A stretch of 60,083 bases of DNA, the filler included, from Hausera hauseri (taxonomy: Eukaryota), in the NCBI GenBank assembly GCA_046269625.1. It is 10 parts of 10 records of this genome, joined end to end, with 100 filler letters (N's around TTAATTAATTAA, not from the genome) between each part and the next. Parts side by side here need not be neighbours in the genome. Positions count along the whole stretch, not along the records: positions 9,048 to 13,264 come from JBJURY010694549.1; positions 13,365 to 19,211 come from JBJURY010180306.1; positions 19,312 to 30,138 come from JBJURY010149977.1; 7 more parts are not named here. One strand, written 5' to 3'. This document shows, piece after piece, positions 12,872 to 26,900 of the stretch (the stretch's first letter is position 1; each line of letters opens with the position of its first letter). A program made the position numbers and the translations under genes. The notes under the pieces are model-generated. The model worked only from the letters and a program-made list of their open reading frames with translations, did no database searches and was not told the origin of the DNA.

Positions 12872-14289
12872 TTGTTCAAATAAGGTTGAGGTGGAAAACA
12901 AATGACAAATGAGCTGGAAAACAAAATGTCCCTGTCACATTTTGAGCTTAACATTAGTAAAAAATGACTTAGTTGTAGCTTTGTTCTTGACTAAGGTTAA
13001 TTAGTTGTGGTAGCCATCTTAAATCGTGCCGACCCCCAAAGGTATTCAGCTGTAAATGTACAGTAAGTTCACTGGTTATTATCTGAAAGTCTCATTAAAA
13101 GGCATCAGCCAACGTGACAACGGACAAACACAAGCAAAAACAATGCCCACATCTAACATGGGGTTCATCACAGCTGATATTTCTGTCAGGTTTTGACTTC
13201 TGCATAGTATAAATGTGTACTCGTTTTTTAAATGTGTCGCCTCACTGCATTGAGGTTGTAACTTNNNNNNNNNNNNNNNNNNNNNNNNNNNNNNNNNNNN
13301 NNNNNNNNTTAATTAATTAANNNNNNNNNNNNNNNNNNNNNNNNNNNNNNNNNNNNNNNNNNNNCCCAACGTATAAGTAAGCTATTACAGAAACCAAACT
13401 GTAAACATCAAGAACAGTTCCAGTAAATGCAGGTATTTATCTGTCAGAAACTTTCCTCTACAGTAAGTAAACCTATGTGGACCAGACTACAGATAGTTTT
13501 CCTACTAACAGAAGATGATGCTGTGTGTAAATTATAGTGAAGCGTACTAAAGACGTAAACACCCATTTTCTTATGATCTCACTGCTCCTTACTAAGAAAT
13601 CTGAGTGTAGGTATGGTTGGTCAATAAAATGTTTTACCATTATCATTCAGGAAATCCCAGAAAAAATATATCCTTCAGCTCAGAAAAAAAGGAGTCACGG
13701 TTTCTGTTTGCAAATGTTTTTTCACAACTGTTTCTGGGCAATGAGTTACTAAGGGGATGAAAGCAGAGCTTAATTTCTTCCTGGTTTGCAAGAAGTAGAA
13801 ACAAGAATATCCAAATAAAAAGTTTCAGTTAAGTGGAAACTATTACAAGAAAACTCAAAGGACATTTCCTTAAATTTATGGGCTCTGGAGGTTGAAGAAA
13901 TGCTTTGTGATGTAGAAAAATAATGATTAATATAATAGTTCAGATCCTCTAATAAGTTCTGTGGAAACCAAATGAACAGTTACTATGTTACCTGTTGTAG
14001 ATAGTTCTTAAAATGACCTAAGTTTAGAGAAATAAGCGTTTCATTATGACTGGATTGATGAGTTAACAGCTAATCGAAGCAGGACAAGACAAAAATAAGT
14101 TCCTGTTGTTTAAAAATACTTGCCATATTTGATAGTGACTTTAGCAGTTTTTGGCCTATGCAGAGTATCCTCTGGTTCTTTTACAAGCATTAACAGGGCA
14201 AGTTTTAAAATGAAAAATTGTGATCATTCTAGAGAAATGCACTACTATTTAGAAGTCTAGCTGTTAAGGTATTTCCAGGTTAGTAAGTG

Positions 14290-14440
14290 AGTGGCAGGGG
14301 TACACCCTAAAAGATCATATTCCATCTCTGTTACAACAAAGATCGGAAAAATCACAGATTTACACCAGAGGATGAATCGTCAAATAACCTAAAGTTTGTC
14401 TTTTGACTGTGGAAGAAAACTGATGTTCCTGGAGAAAACA
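14290..14440 (-). mobile_element. Degenerate fish SINE fragment, opposite orientation to the 9.5-kb copy
   Basis: ggcaggggtacaccct...aacctaa...ttttgactgtggaagaaaactgatgttcctggagaaaac resembles the antisense of the same SINE family. Confidence 0.5.
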
Positions 14441-15183
14441 TATAAAGATTTAGACCAGATATGGTCTAAATGTGGTAATAACAAAATCAAATTTTATTTT
14501 TGTCAAAATACTAATACTAATACAGTCCAAAATTTCTCATGAGTTATTGATGCATTTTTTCACTCTCTTGTCTTTTTTTTTCTCAACTTGAAGTTTCATT
14601 TCACTGAGGGTCACAGGTAGTAAATGCCTTTGTCTAGAAAACAATTGTGGAAAAAACTGCACAACAAAAGAACAAAACAAAAGAATATTATTGCATTGTT
14701 CTGGTTTAAAAAAATCTCTGCCAAGACAACCACCCACCTACCCACCCACTCAATTATTTCAAGAAGAAAAGCACCGTCAACAGTGTTTCTGACCATGCCA
14801 CAACATGATACATATCAGCTGAAAGTTGAGATGCTGTGCAAAAGAGTGGCGTTTTATGGCACGTCCCCACCTGCCTAATTAAAACAATGAGAAGTAATAT
14901 ATCCGTAGCATGAAGGAAGCCCCTATTACACCCTTCTTTTATGACCTCGGACTTAGACTCGTATTTCCTGCAATTTCTCTGTGTAGAAAGTTCATGATGA
15001 TATCCAAACTACAAACTGTCCTCTGAGGCTCATCAGCTTATGATTCATCCAAGAATCATAAAATACAGGATTTCTGCATGAATGAAACCTGTTCATTTGA
15101 CTGAAATATTTTAAATGTGAAAAATGAATGCAGACAATTAAGTTATTTCTGGCTTTGTAGTGTATTATTGTGGGTTCATTGTT

Positions 15184-16770
15184 ACAGGCCATTCAGTCCG
15201 TTCAGTCCATACAAGCGGTGTGACAGTTTGGTTCACATTGCTGGCAGTAAGTCAGACCCCTTCAGGGTGGGAGTTGGACTCCACCAGGGCTGCCCGTTGT
15301 CACCGATTCTGTTCATAACTAAAATGGACAAATTTCTCAGTGCAGCCAGAGGACCGAAGGAGTCGGGTTCGGTGGCCTCAGGCTTTCATCTCTCCAATTT
15401 GCAGATGATGTGGTCCTGTCGGTGTCATCGTACAGTGATCAGATCTCACTGGAGTGGTTCAAAGCCAAGTGTGAATGAGGACCAACACCTCCAAATCTGA
15501 GTCCATGGTCCTCAAATGGAAAAGGGTGGATTGCTCTTTCCGTGTTGGGGGTGAGGTTCTGTCTCAAATGGAGGAGTTCAAACATCTTGGGGTTTTTGTT
15601 CATGAGCGAGGGAACAATGGAGCTTGAGATTAACAGATCGTTACAACTTCCACAGTATTACAGCTCTGTACCAGTATGTTGTTGTGTAGAGGGAGCCAAG
15701 CTGTAAAGTCAAGCTCTCTGTTTACCACTCTATCTTCGTTCCTACCCTCACCTTTCACCCTCACCGAAATTTTGGGTAGTGACCGACAAATCACAATTAC
15801 AAGCGGTTGAAATGAGTTTTCTCCACAGGGTAGCTGGAATCTCTCTTAAGGCATTTACGTCTATACGCCCGCCCCAGCCCGGCTCGCCCCGAGATGGTTC
15901 TGGTTCAAGACCAGCCCGGCCCTGATTGTTTCGCACTGTGGGGAGAGCAACCTCAAAGCGCAAATTTGGTAGTGACGTTATTTTATTTGCAACTCGACAA
16001 TCAATGCCGCCACCAAGCTCCTGACTGTTTTGATGTTGTTCATGCAAATAATTAAATTACAGAATAGCTACGTAAACATAGAGTTAGATGGCGGATGGTG
16101 ATGCGAAATAGAGCAGAGAGGTACCGAAGGCTGTACCTGGCTGTACAGCAACAACAAACGGCCGCGAGATGACATCGACTGGTAAGCTAATTAGCTAGCA
16201 TTATTAGCTTGTTGTTACATGATACGATAATGAAAACAGTTGCTATTTAGTAGATCTATATGATTTTTTTTAGGTCTGTCCCACCCCGGCTTCAAACAAA
16301 CCAATCAAATGATCAGCAGTACATGACGTAAAACCGGGCCGATCACCCCGGCCCGCTTGGAACCTCACCTGGCCAGGTTCCAGAAGTCGGGCTGGAGCCG
16401 ACCCTAAAAGGGAAATGCCAAACCTACAAACCCGGGTTAGAAGCTGGGCCGGGGTGGGCCGTACAGTGCGTAAACACCTTTAGAGACAGTTATCAGCACA
16501 GACTCAGAATACAGCTTCTCCACAACAAGAGGAACCTGCTGAGGTGGTTCAGGCATCTGGTAAGGATGCCTAGTATGGTGCTACAGACATCTCTGACATG
16601 GAGGAGACCCCAAGGAAAACCCAGGACACACTGAAGAGAATATGTCTCTGGACTAGTCTGGGAACACTTTGGAAGTGCTGGAAGAGGTGGCCGAGGAAAG
16701 AAAGGTCTGAGTCTCGCTGCTCAAGCTGCTGACTCCGAAAGCCACCAGAATAAATGGAAGATGATGGATT
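15184..16770 (+). mobile_element. 5'-truncated RTE-clade LINE (Rex3/Expander-like), interrupted by a MITE
   Basis: RT motifs VGVGLHQGCPLSPILFI..MD, ADDVVL, EEFKHLG. The 3' part resumes at 16480 (LRWFRHLVRMP...RRP.GKPRT) and ends in a gatggat-type tail. Confidence 0.85.
15849..16479. mobile_element. PIF/Harbinger-type MITE with TTA target-site duplication
   Basis: TTA at 15846-15848 and 16480-16482. Imperfect TIRs aggcatttacgtctatacgcccgccccagcccggct vs (rc) aggtgtttacgcactgtacggcccaccccggcccagct. Removing the insert restores continuous LINE sequence. Confidence 0.8.
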
Positions 16771-17269
16771 GTGCTGATTTTATTGTTTCTTTGTTGATTT
16801 TGTATTGATTTATTTAAAACGTTTCAATAAGATTTAAAAAAAATACAATTTGGTCTTTTTATTGTGGTCTGATGAATAGTCCTCGCAATGAAAATATTCA
16901 GTCCTTAACTGTTGAGATCTGCTAAATCAGACTTGATATTTTTTTTAAAAAACTTTGATTAGATGTGTAATCATAAATAATCCTGTTTTTTTCATAATTG
17001 CACTTTATGCAACTATGCACCCACATTTTAAGCCTTCATTCCTCAGCTTTATAGAAGGTTACACAGAAAATTTGATGGTTTTCCGATGTCTGAGTAGATC
17101 TTTTCTGTCATTATATGGCTGAAAAGTGTGTTCCTTCCAAGATGTAATTTCCTCCACCAATGGATGGACAAATTACAAGCCTTATTATTGGTAAAAATGG
17201 AAATCCAGTTGGAATAATGAGCCATCATTCCATTCAAAGGTACAAAAATGTTTTTTTATCACATGCACA

Positions 17270-17518
17270 ACCACCATAAAGCTTTGACCCTGCCCTTGAT
17301 AAAACACAGTGAACCAACACCAGCAGCTGACCTGGTCTGGGGTTTTTGAGTTGTCTTTACTTTTTTGCCAAAATCATCCATATTAAAACAATAAAAGGCT
17401 TGAACTACTTCATTTGGTGTGTAATGAATCTAAAATATATAAATGTCTAATGTTTATCATTACATTACAGAAAATAATGAACTTTATTACAATATGCTAA
17501 TCTTTTGAGAAGGACTAG
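17270..17518. mobile_element. Tc1-like transposon remnant (terminal inverted repeat end, followed by TA)
   Basis: tacattacagaaaataatgaactttattacaatatgctaatcttttgagaaggac..g-TA resembles a fish Tc1 TIR. gaaccaacaccagcagctgac resembles Tc1 internal sequence. Confidence 0.6.
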
Positions 17519-20500
17519 TATATAGGCTGCATTGTTTTGTGTTTAACTGTTTGAATATGCACATGCATTATTATTATTGTTATTTGATGCTTCCCAATAT
17601 AATGGATAAGTTTCTCATAGTAGGCTATTAATGAAATGACAATGAACGCCCTGGTTGTGTGTTGGGAGACAGATTTTTCTGTGTTCCTGAATGCAACATA
17701 ACTCTGGCTCCTTCCATAGCCAAGCCTCTTAGGGACAGGAGCCTGTTTTAAAAGTTGAGTTTCAAAAAAATAAATAAATAAATAAAGCTTTTTCGACAAA
17801 TAGACAAGTCCAGTTGTCGCCTGGGACTTATAGCTGCAGCACATAAAGCTAAGAAATAGCTACTTCATGCCTAACGTAAGGTGCTGACATAGCAATGTCA
17901 TTCATTCTATTAAAATAAAAATAAATTAATTTAAGTCAGACTTGTCCATGTGAACAACAAACAGTCTCTACATGGAAATGATGACAATAATTAGCTATGT
18001 AGTGGCCACGACATAAATATCCCGTGTACACGTGTTATTATCTCGTGGCCACGCGAAAAGTTTTTTAATTCTATGTCAACGGACGAGTGCCGTAGAAAAG
18101 AAGTATAATTACTTACAAGTTTCCTTTATATTTTGCAACTCACAGCAATGTAAACGTGACTTTTAACCTCTGGGAAAATGAACAAAATTTTAGCCAGGGC
18201 GGTATTGTTTAAAAACTAAAAGATGAAAGAAAACAAATCCTCCAGTGATAAATCTGTTAAAATTCATTACTCCAGCAAAAATACAATTCAGTATTAAAAA
18301 AAATAATAGTGTTATTCAGGGCACTAATAATCTTTTTGTTAGGCCGAACGTCCTCTTTTGCCTGTGAACAATCAGCTTTGACTGTCATCATTTATCCTGT
18401 TGGTCCAGCACGTGGAGGCACTGCTTATAAAGCTGGAACTGCTCAGACAGAAGAAGTCTCTCGGAGGAGAGTTAAAAGAACTTGTCCAGGCGACCATTTT
18501 TTTATCTGGACTACTGAGATGCTTCAGGACAAAGATATATGGCATTGCCACAAAACAGCTGCAATAACACCAAAATAAACATATGACTGAAGATTTTGTT
18601 TTTATTTTGTATTTAAATACAATCGTTCTATTTCTGGATTACAAGTCGTTTTGAAGATTTTTCAAGTCTAGTTTCTTTGAAGAAGGTTTTTTTGTTGCGC
18701 ACTTTTGATCTTCTTTGTAGTTGTTTATTGTTTTGGAATCTTTGAAGTTGCTTTAAGCTCTTTGTTGATGATTTAAAGCTCTTTGATATCCTTTACAATT
18801 TTTAATGGTTTTGTTTCTTCACATCTATTTGAACTTTTGCAAAGAACCTTGTGTTGCTCTTATTTTTATGAGAATTGCCGCTAACATCAAGTTAAGTGAA
18901 TAAAAGTAGAACATTTCTGGTGGTTGTATTTTTTTTTCTTAGTCGGTGAGGCTAACGTCACGCATGTTAAGCTCACCGTGCGTGACTCATTGCCATGGCA
19001 ACCAATAAACAGCCCCGGGAGCGCAGAGCAAAGATTAGTTCAAGTGCATTAGAAATTAACACAAAAAAATACCAAACAGAACATTCTGTCCGTTGCAGAT
19101 GAATGTTTCTGAATTTCCATCATTAGGAAGTGATCGCCTGAACACTAGCGGTAACTTAAACACCTGCACTTCTGATTATCTGTCAGAAAATGTGGGTCGC
19201 ATTGGTTTTGTNNNNNNNNNNNNNNNNNNNNNNNNNNNNNNNNNNNNNNNNNNNNTTAATTAATTAANNNNNNNNNNNNNNNNNNNNNNNNNNNNNNNNN
19301 NNNNNNNNNNNTTTTGACATGCATATAATACTATACATTTGGTTTATAGTTACTTTAAAATTGATCTGTTTTGGTTCACAGATGCATACTGAAGCAACAA
19401 GGATTCTGTTTGAAATGACTTAGTTTAATGAGAGAAAGACTGACACTTAGAAGAGTAGGCAGAGGAATGCTTCAGGCCATTAGAGTCAACACAGGTAAAG
19501 GAAGAAGTAAATCTGTGGCCTTTCAACCAGTGTGGAGTCCGACATCAAAACCGCCTTTGAATCTGTGGCAATAAATACTCTCCTGCTTCTCTTTGAATGC
19601 AAATTGGAACTTTAGGTTTGATTCATAGGCAGCCTCAAGTTACTTATTTAAAATGAGCAAATTCAAACAGATTTGCATGTTTTTAGACATCTAAAAGTCA
19701 TTCTGCATCAGTCAGTTGTAACTGATTTCAACTAACGCTCAGAGCTTTGACAAAGAATTTTAGCTTTTAGTTTCAGATGACTGATTTTTCTGGGCTTTAC
19801 TGGATTACCCAATTTTAATAATAAAATCCTTAAGAATTGTTTTATAATAGCTGCTGTAGTTGATTTTTTTCTTTTCACAGGAATTAAACAAGTTGATAGA
19901 TCTGTGTTTATGTTTCAGAAAATCCAATCAAATCCATTGACATTACATGAAAAGGATTTATTTTTCGCATAACAATAATAATTACGTTATCTTACAGTGA
20001 CTAAGATATTAATTAAATATTAATTTCAATTACATGTTTTGAAATCGTAAACATTATCTAAATAATTTAAGTTAAATTAAGATTTCATAAACTGGTATAT
20101 TGTTTTAATTAATCGTGTAATATTAACCCAATGGTGCACTAAGTGAACAAAATTATGAATGTCCCAAATGGTTTTACCCTCCCTTTGGTTGCACTTTTCC
20201 GAAAACCTAACAAGATAGTTTGTAACAATGAAAGCAAATAAAAAAATTTTATTAATTAAAAGTTGAGAAAATGCGTATTTTCTCTTATGAAAGTTAAAAA
20301 TTGACTCGATAATATAAACGCTACAGTCTGTATATGCAAATGAACATAAAAACAGAATGCATGAGAATTATAATTTTTCTAAATTTCACTCATTCCACCA
20401 TCTGATAGGATGGTATTATAGGAACACATCCATGGTGCAAAATATTGAAGAGGAAATAAACTTATAATAAATTTGTTTATTTAAGTAAAAATATCACTAA

Positions 20501-20905
20501 AGGAATATAAATCTTAACCAATACTAAATCCTGTATGTAACAACTAACAATATGCATCCATTGAAACATTTAAAGCATGGCTAGTACAGGAAGACTGCAA
20601 CAGGAAATATGGAATTACGTTTTGTTTGACAATCAAAAATGCTTTTCAATTAAATCATCAACCATATAAGATAAAAAATTTCACGGATTCGTTAAACATA
20701 CTCTTGCTTTATAATTAAATTATTAATATAATTTGATGTATGTAAATTGATACACACACCGAACAGGAAACAAGTCAACATTGTTAGATGTTGTCTAATT
20801 TATCCAATTCTATTATTTGCAATTAAACTGCGATCAAATCCGTCCTTTTTATAATTTGTTTGTTTAAACGTTTCGCCAGTCTTTAAATTTATAAATGTTT
20901 TTTAA

Positions 20906-23900
20906 ATGGCTAAAAATAGACGAAAAAATAAGACGCATTTGAGAAGTAACGACCAATCGAATACACAAATTGACAACGAAAGTGACGTGGAACATAATTT
21001 AGAAGATGAACGAACCGACGAGAAATCCGAGGTTAATCACTATAAACCATTCTTCGTTGCTGTTATTTCGTTTTTCCATCGACTAGAAATTATTTTCCAG
21101 TTCCGTTCTGATGGATCATTTGAATAAAATTCGCAATATAAACGAGGAAATTTTGAAATGGAATTCGACCGACGTTATTGATATTCGGACAAATCGGAAA
21201 TTGCACGGGAAAATTAATTTGGACACAATTCGACAATCGATCAGTCGGAGTCCATTTTGTAAATATTTGAAACCGCAACCCTTGGATTTGAAGCAAACCA
21301 GTGCGGCTGCACTATGTGGAGTTGTTATAAAGTCGAATTCGGGTGATTTGAATGAAAATGATAACAGTACAGTTCACGGGGAAATTGATGGGAAAAGTAA
21401 TAAAGAGAATGTTGTTGTGGAAATTCCTGGTGAGTTTTTTGTGTGAAAATTTCGGTAAAGTTTGAAAAAATATGTAAATATAAATAATTTTAGTAAATTC
21501 TACCGAAACTGGTGTACATTCCCATGAGTCATCAGAAAAAACCGATACGTCTTTATCGCCGTCAAATGTCAGATCATCCGGACGATCAGTGAAGAAGAAT
21601 TATTTGGATATGTTGTCTTGTCCGGAATTGGAATGGCGTCGTTCTCCTGCAGCTAGTGGCGTTGATGGGACGATGAAATCGGAGAGACGAGCGTCATCAA
21701 AAAAAAGTAATGAATCGCCGAGTAGTGTTGAAAAACGACGACGTAATAGTAAAGGGCAATTAAACTCGAGTTTTAATGAGAAAACGGAGGAATTGGAGAA
21801 TTGCCAATTTGAAGTGAAGGAAGAGAGTAAGAATGGTATTATTGGGAAAGTAGACGACGAACGATTGTATGATTCACCAAATGTAAAGGAGGAAGATGCG
21901 CCGATTATTGCATTGTTTGAGAAGAGCAGTCGACGGTCACACAAATCGGGATCATCCGTTTCATCACTGCGGTCAGACGTATCACGGAAATGCTCGATAT
22001 GCAGTGGTAAATTGCTCAATTCGGCGGACTTATCCGGCGTTTGTCATGAATGCAATGCACAGAAATTAGCCGGTGGTAAAGTGGAACAATCAATTCAATC
22101 TGCTGATGATTTAGTATGTGTGTGGACACCTCCGTGTTGGTCTGTGACGAGATCCTCTAACGTAATGTGCAATGCCTGTTCTTTGCAGTCTCTGATGGAA
22201 CGTGGCGTATCGGTGGGTAGTGATTACGACGGACTGACTTTAGCGGAATTGCGGGATGAACAACGAATATCCACAGTGCGGCAGTCGTTAATTGGCGAAC
22301 TGCAGCGGTTGTTGAACACATACAAGGACATTGCCAGTCCAGAGCAGTCGTGTTTGTTACCGGACCGTGCGTCATTGCGCACAGACTGTACGTGGGATGC
22401 ACGGAGATTTCGACGGCGGCCAGAATCACAATCGTGTGATGTATGCCAGCAGAATAAGCAGCCGATTGTTTATTCGGTATTGCCGGATGGGACAGCCACA
22501 ATTTGCCATGATTGTCTGCTGGTAGCACATGATTCATTCCGCAGTATTGCAACATTAGCTGTTCCTTGTGGGAAATTGGATAGTTGCCGTAATTGTCTGC
22601 TATATCGATTTGTATCGATATGTCAACGAGAATCCGTTGAACATCGGTATCGATCAAATAAACAGTAATTATTTACCGTAATCATTTTATTAATTTGCTT
22701 ATTTTCCATCTGCAGTTCATCCGATGGACCGTGCAAACTCTGCCGACGGAAAGCAGTTGTGCCCGTCATCGTACTCGCCAGCGGTGTCTGTTTGTGTGTT
22801 GTCTGTATCTGGACAACAAAACTCGTCATTTTACGTGCCGATGATCGCTGTCCGGGTGGCAATTGCGATATCGACGAATGCCAACGTTGTCTCGCTGATC
22901 TGGCAGCAAAGGTAGCACCAATAGAGGAAATTCTATCATCGGCAATTCGTCCGGTACAAACGGATGTTGCCGTTGATGATAACAACAGTACAGCAACGAC
23001 AAATGAACGTTTGTCATCAGATACGTCATTGGAGACTCAGCGGGCTGAGGAGAATTGCTGGGGAAATGAATTGCTGGATGAAATTGCAGCACACGATAAA
23101 CGGCATGATGCAGCACGACCGGTAACGGTACCGCAGCGATATCGAGAATCATCGAAATTCGTCGATATGATAAAAAGGAAAAATCCGAAAGGGAAACGAA
23201 AGGACGAATTACGGAAGCAGAGACGATTGGAGAATAAAAAGCAAGCTGTAACAGTAGAAAGTCAGCGGGCAATCAAAAGGAAGGAACGAATATCACTGAC
23301 AAACAGCGACGGCATGCCGATAAAGAAACCGAAACGGAATCCATTGAATATCGACGCCAATTGGCATCAGCCGGAAAGCCGCAGTCGGCGAATGGTAAAA
23401 CCGCCGAAATTTTCGGATTTTATCGTATTGGAGAAGGATATAAAACATGCATTGCAAATTGGCGGTCGACGGCGGAATAGCGATAAATGGACTGAGGAAG
23501 AGGCGGATAATAATGATGGTGGTGGGGATAAAGAACAAGAACCGGCGGAGGAGGAGCAGCAGGCGGATGATACGCCACCTCCTAAGGGAATGAATAATTC
23601 CACGGAATCAGCAATGGATTTAGATGATGCTGTTCCACCGGCACCAATGAGTAGTACAGATGATGAAATTGGGGGGACATTTCGGCGGATTAAACGTGCT
23701 CAATCACCTATTGTAACGGCAACAACAACAGTGCCGTCTGAGGTAGAATCAACTGCGGTTGCTGGGGGGGATACTAGACAAGGCGGACCACGGGTAAAAC
23801 AAGTCAGTCGACAAAACGTATCACCATTGGATCTGGCCGGTACCGGCATCGGACAAAATGAGCCTAACAATCGTCGCACAGAATGCGGCTGTAGAGGATG

Positions 23901-26900
23901 TTTACGTAATCGAGTTTGTGGCCGTTGTGAGGCATGCCTGATGAACAGACGAACGCGAACAACGGCAGAAATGTGTATGAAAATGGTGTGTATTCGTAAC
24001 GGAATGTCGGTAGTTCATGATGATGATTTCAATGCGGCTGCGGAAGGGGCGGGGCTAAAGTTAGACGAATTGCGGATACAAAGGAGGGCCGTTGAGGTGT
24101 ATCGTGATAGCGACAGTGATGATAATGATAACAGCATTAACCGTAACGATAGCGATGATGATGAAATGGATCTCGAATCTGACCGCATTTATCCGGTAAA
24201 AGGGGAATCCATTTCCATCGAATTAGCCCATGAAGGCGGCTATCCGATTGTCACATCCCGTCGAGCACAGCCCCATACCGTCGTCTGTTACAGTTGCGGC
24301 AGCGGTGGCGATCAAATGATTAATTGCGTTTGTTGTGCTGAACCGTTTCATTTTTTCTGTATCGAATATCAATTCCGTCCGAAATCCAAGGAAATGTTCG
24401 TCTGTCGAAATTGCACGAAATGTCGAATTTGTGATGAGTACGGTTGTGATTTGCGATGTATAAAATGCCAATTGGGATACCATCCGCGGTGTATTGGACG
24501 ATATCCACCGGCATCTGGTGATGATCGATCGAATTGGGCATGTTATTGCTGCAGTATGTGTTTGCATTGCGGTGCTCGTGCTGATGATTTGATGACTGCT
24601 AACAACAACGGTACTGCTGCTGCACAAATTGATTGGTCTGACGATCCGTGGCAGTGCGGTAAATGCTGCCGGGCACGAAATAGCGGCCATATCTGTCCTG
24701 AATGCGGTCGTGCATATCTGACGAATCTCGATAATATCGAATGTTGCCAATGCGGCAAATTCGTACATCGGCAATGTGCCGGATTGACGGAGGACGAATA
24801 CGCCATATTACAAATCGGTAATCCCCATAGCGATTCGTTTGTCTGTTCGCAATGTGCAGCACCGCAACCGGATAATACTGACGACGACGCACGGCGGAGA
24901 GTCCCGCCGAAACGATTGAGTAAAGAGAGCGCAATGAAAATATTCTGTGGACAGGCAGTGAATCGGAGGATGTCGGAATTCATTGAACGAGCTGATGAAG
25001 TTGAGGATGGGTTGTTGGGCCAATTGGATGCATCTGCGGCAGGTGGAAACGGGCAGTCGATTGTGCGTGTGTTACAGCAGCTTGATGGGGTTATGGACGA
25101 TGATGATGATGAAATTGCGGTGACTGCAGCTGCTCCGTTTCCATCTGGTGTTGATGGGGAATGTCTGAATAGCAGTGATTCTGTTGTAGATGAATACGAC
25201 GACGATGCATTTGCCAGTTCTCCGCACCACGACAGTATCGATATTGACCGACCGCCGATGGGCATATTCACAAAATTATCGGCAGATCAATTCCTGACAT
25301 CAGTAAATCATTTGTGATTTGGTGTTATTTTCTCATTTGCTAACGAATTGACAGACTCATTTATTGACTGATACTTTGGCACGAATTATATTGCGATTAC
25401 GACGACATCCTACTGATGGGCAATTGTCGATGGTCTATGACAGACTGCGTGGATTTATGGCCGAATTAGCCGCTGACCTCTTCCCATGGGTGGATTTCCA
25501 TTTGTGTTACGATACGGCACAGGATATCGTACGACAGTACGCTGGTCGAGCTCGTCTTGTATTGCGTTATATCGATGATGTGACTCGATTGGGGTTGCGT
25601 AAGGAATTGGACGTGTTCTCGACATCGATCTGGGATATGGAGGAGAAATTGCTCAGCAGTTTCCAGCGAGGACGGGATGAGTTCATTCTGTTTCACAGTG
25701 AGCAACATTTGACAGGTCTGATTGTGCAATTGATCGGTCCATTTATTAATTGGCGATTGTGTAGCACTGAAACGTAGCATGGAGAATCAGCAATTCCGTG
25801 ACGGGCATTTTGCTCGGTATCTGGTGGCCGCAGAGAAGCCGGAGGATGTCAAACCGATGTTGGAGAAGGACGTGCGGCAATGCGCATTGTGTCGGCAGTC
25901 AGGGGACGACGGTATTGAGGGCAGGCTGATTTACGGCGGTATGGATGTGTGGATCCATGTGAATTGCGCATTGTGGAGTGATGAGGTCTACGAGAAGGAG
26001 GATGGCGAACTCGTCAATGTCGATGGGGCTATTCGACGGGGATGGCGAACGAGTTGTGATAGTTGCAGCAGTCTCGGTGCCACAGTCCGCTGTAGTGGCT
26101 GTGCAAATTGTTATCATTTCGGTTGCGCATTCCATGCGCTATCCGCTCGGATATTCACCGAATCACTCACATTCTATTGCACTGATGAACACTCACGAAA
26201 TGACTCGACCAGTCGTCCACTCGGTCTGGAGGACATGCTGATTCTACGACGGATTTATCTGCCATTGGGATACGCTGCCGATCCGGATTTGCCAACCGGC
26301 ACGAGGGAACTGACTGCTGAAGATGTCGTCGTCACTATCGGCAATCTACGAATTGATCAATTGGGTACAGTTGACGACCGGTCCGATTGTGCTCGTCTGC
26401 TTCTCTGTCCGCTGGAATTTCGTGCACGACGACTGTTCTGGTCGCATTTGGAGGTGGACACACTCGTTATGTACTATATGTGTATTGAGAAGGATTCTGT
26501 TGTCGGTACAGTTGGACAGAAACGACAGACTGACGAATCCGGTGTTCCAGTGCGCAAATACAAGAAGGAAAATGGTGGTGAAACGACCAAAACGACCAAA
26601 CGACGGGCACCGCCAGCCCAGTTGCCACCAGTGCAGGAGATCGTATATGAAATGGACGAATTTGGCAATCTGCAACCAACGGTCGATAAATCATCAGAAT
26701 TCGCTGCACATGAAGAAGAACCAAAGACGCGACGGTGTCGTACCGGTCTCATTCTCAACAGTAACAGGGTAAATCGGCGCTTTCCAAAAGACAGCGTTTT
26801 ACGAACGGCCAATCCGGACGCTGATATTCCTCGTCGGATCGTACCAGTTGGATGTTTCCATGGACAACGCTGGCTGACCGGACTGAAAGAGAACGCCGAT

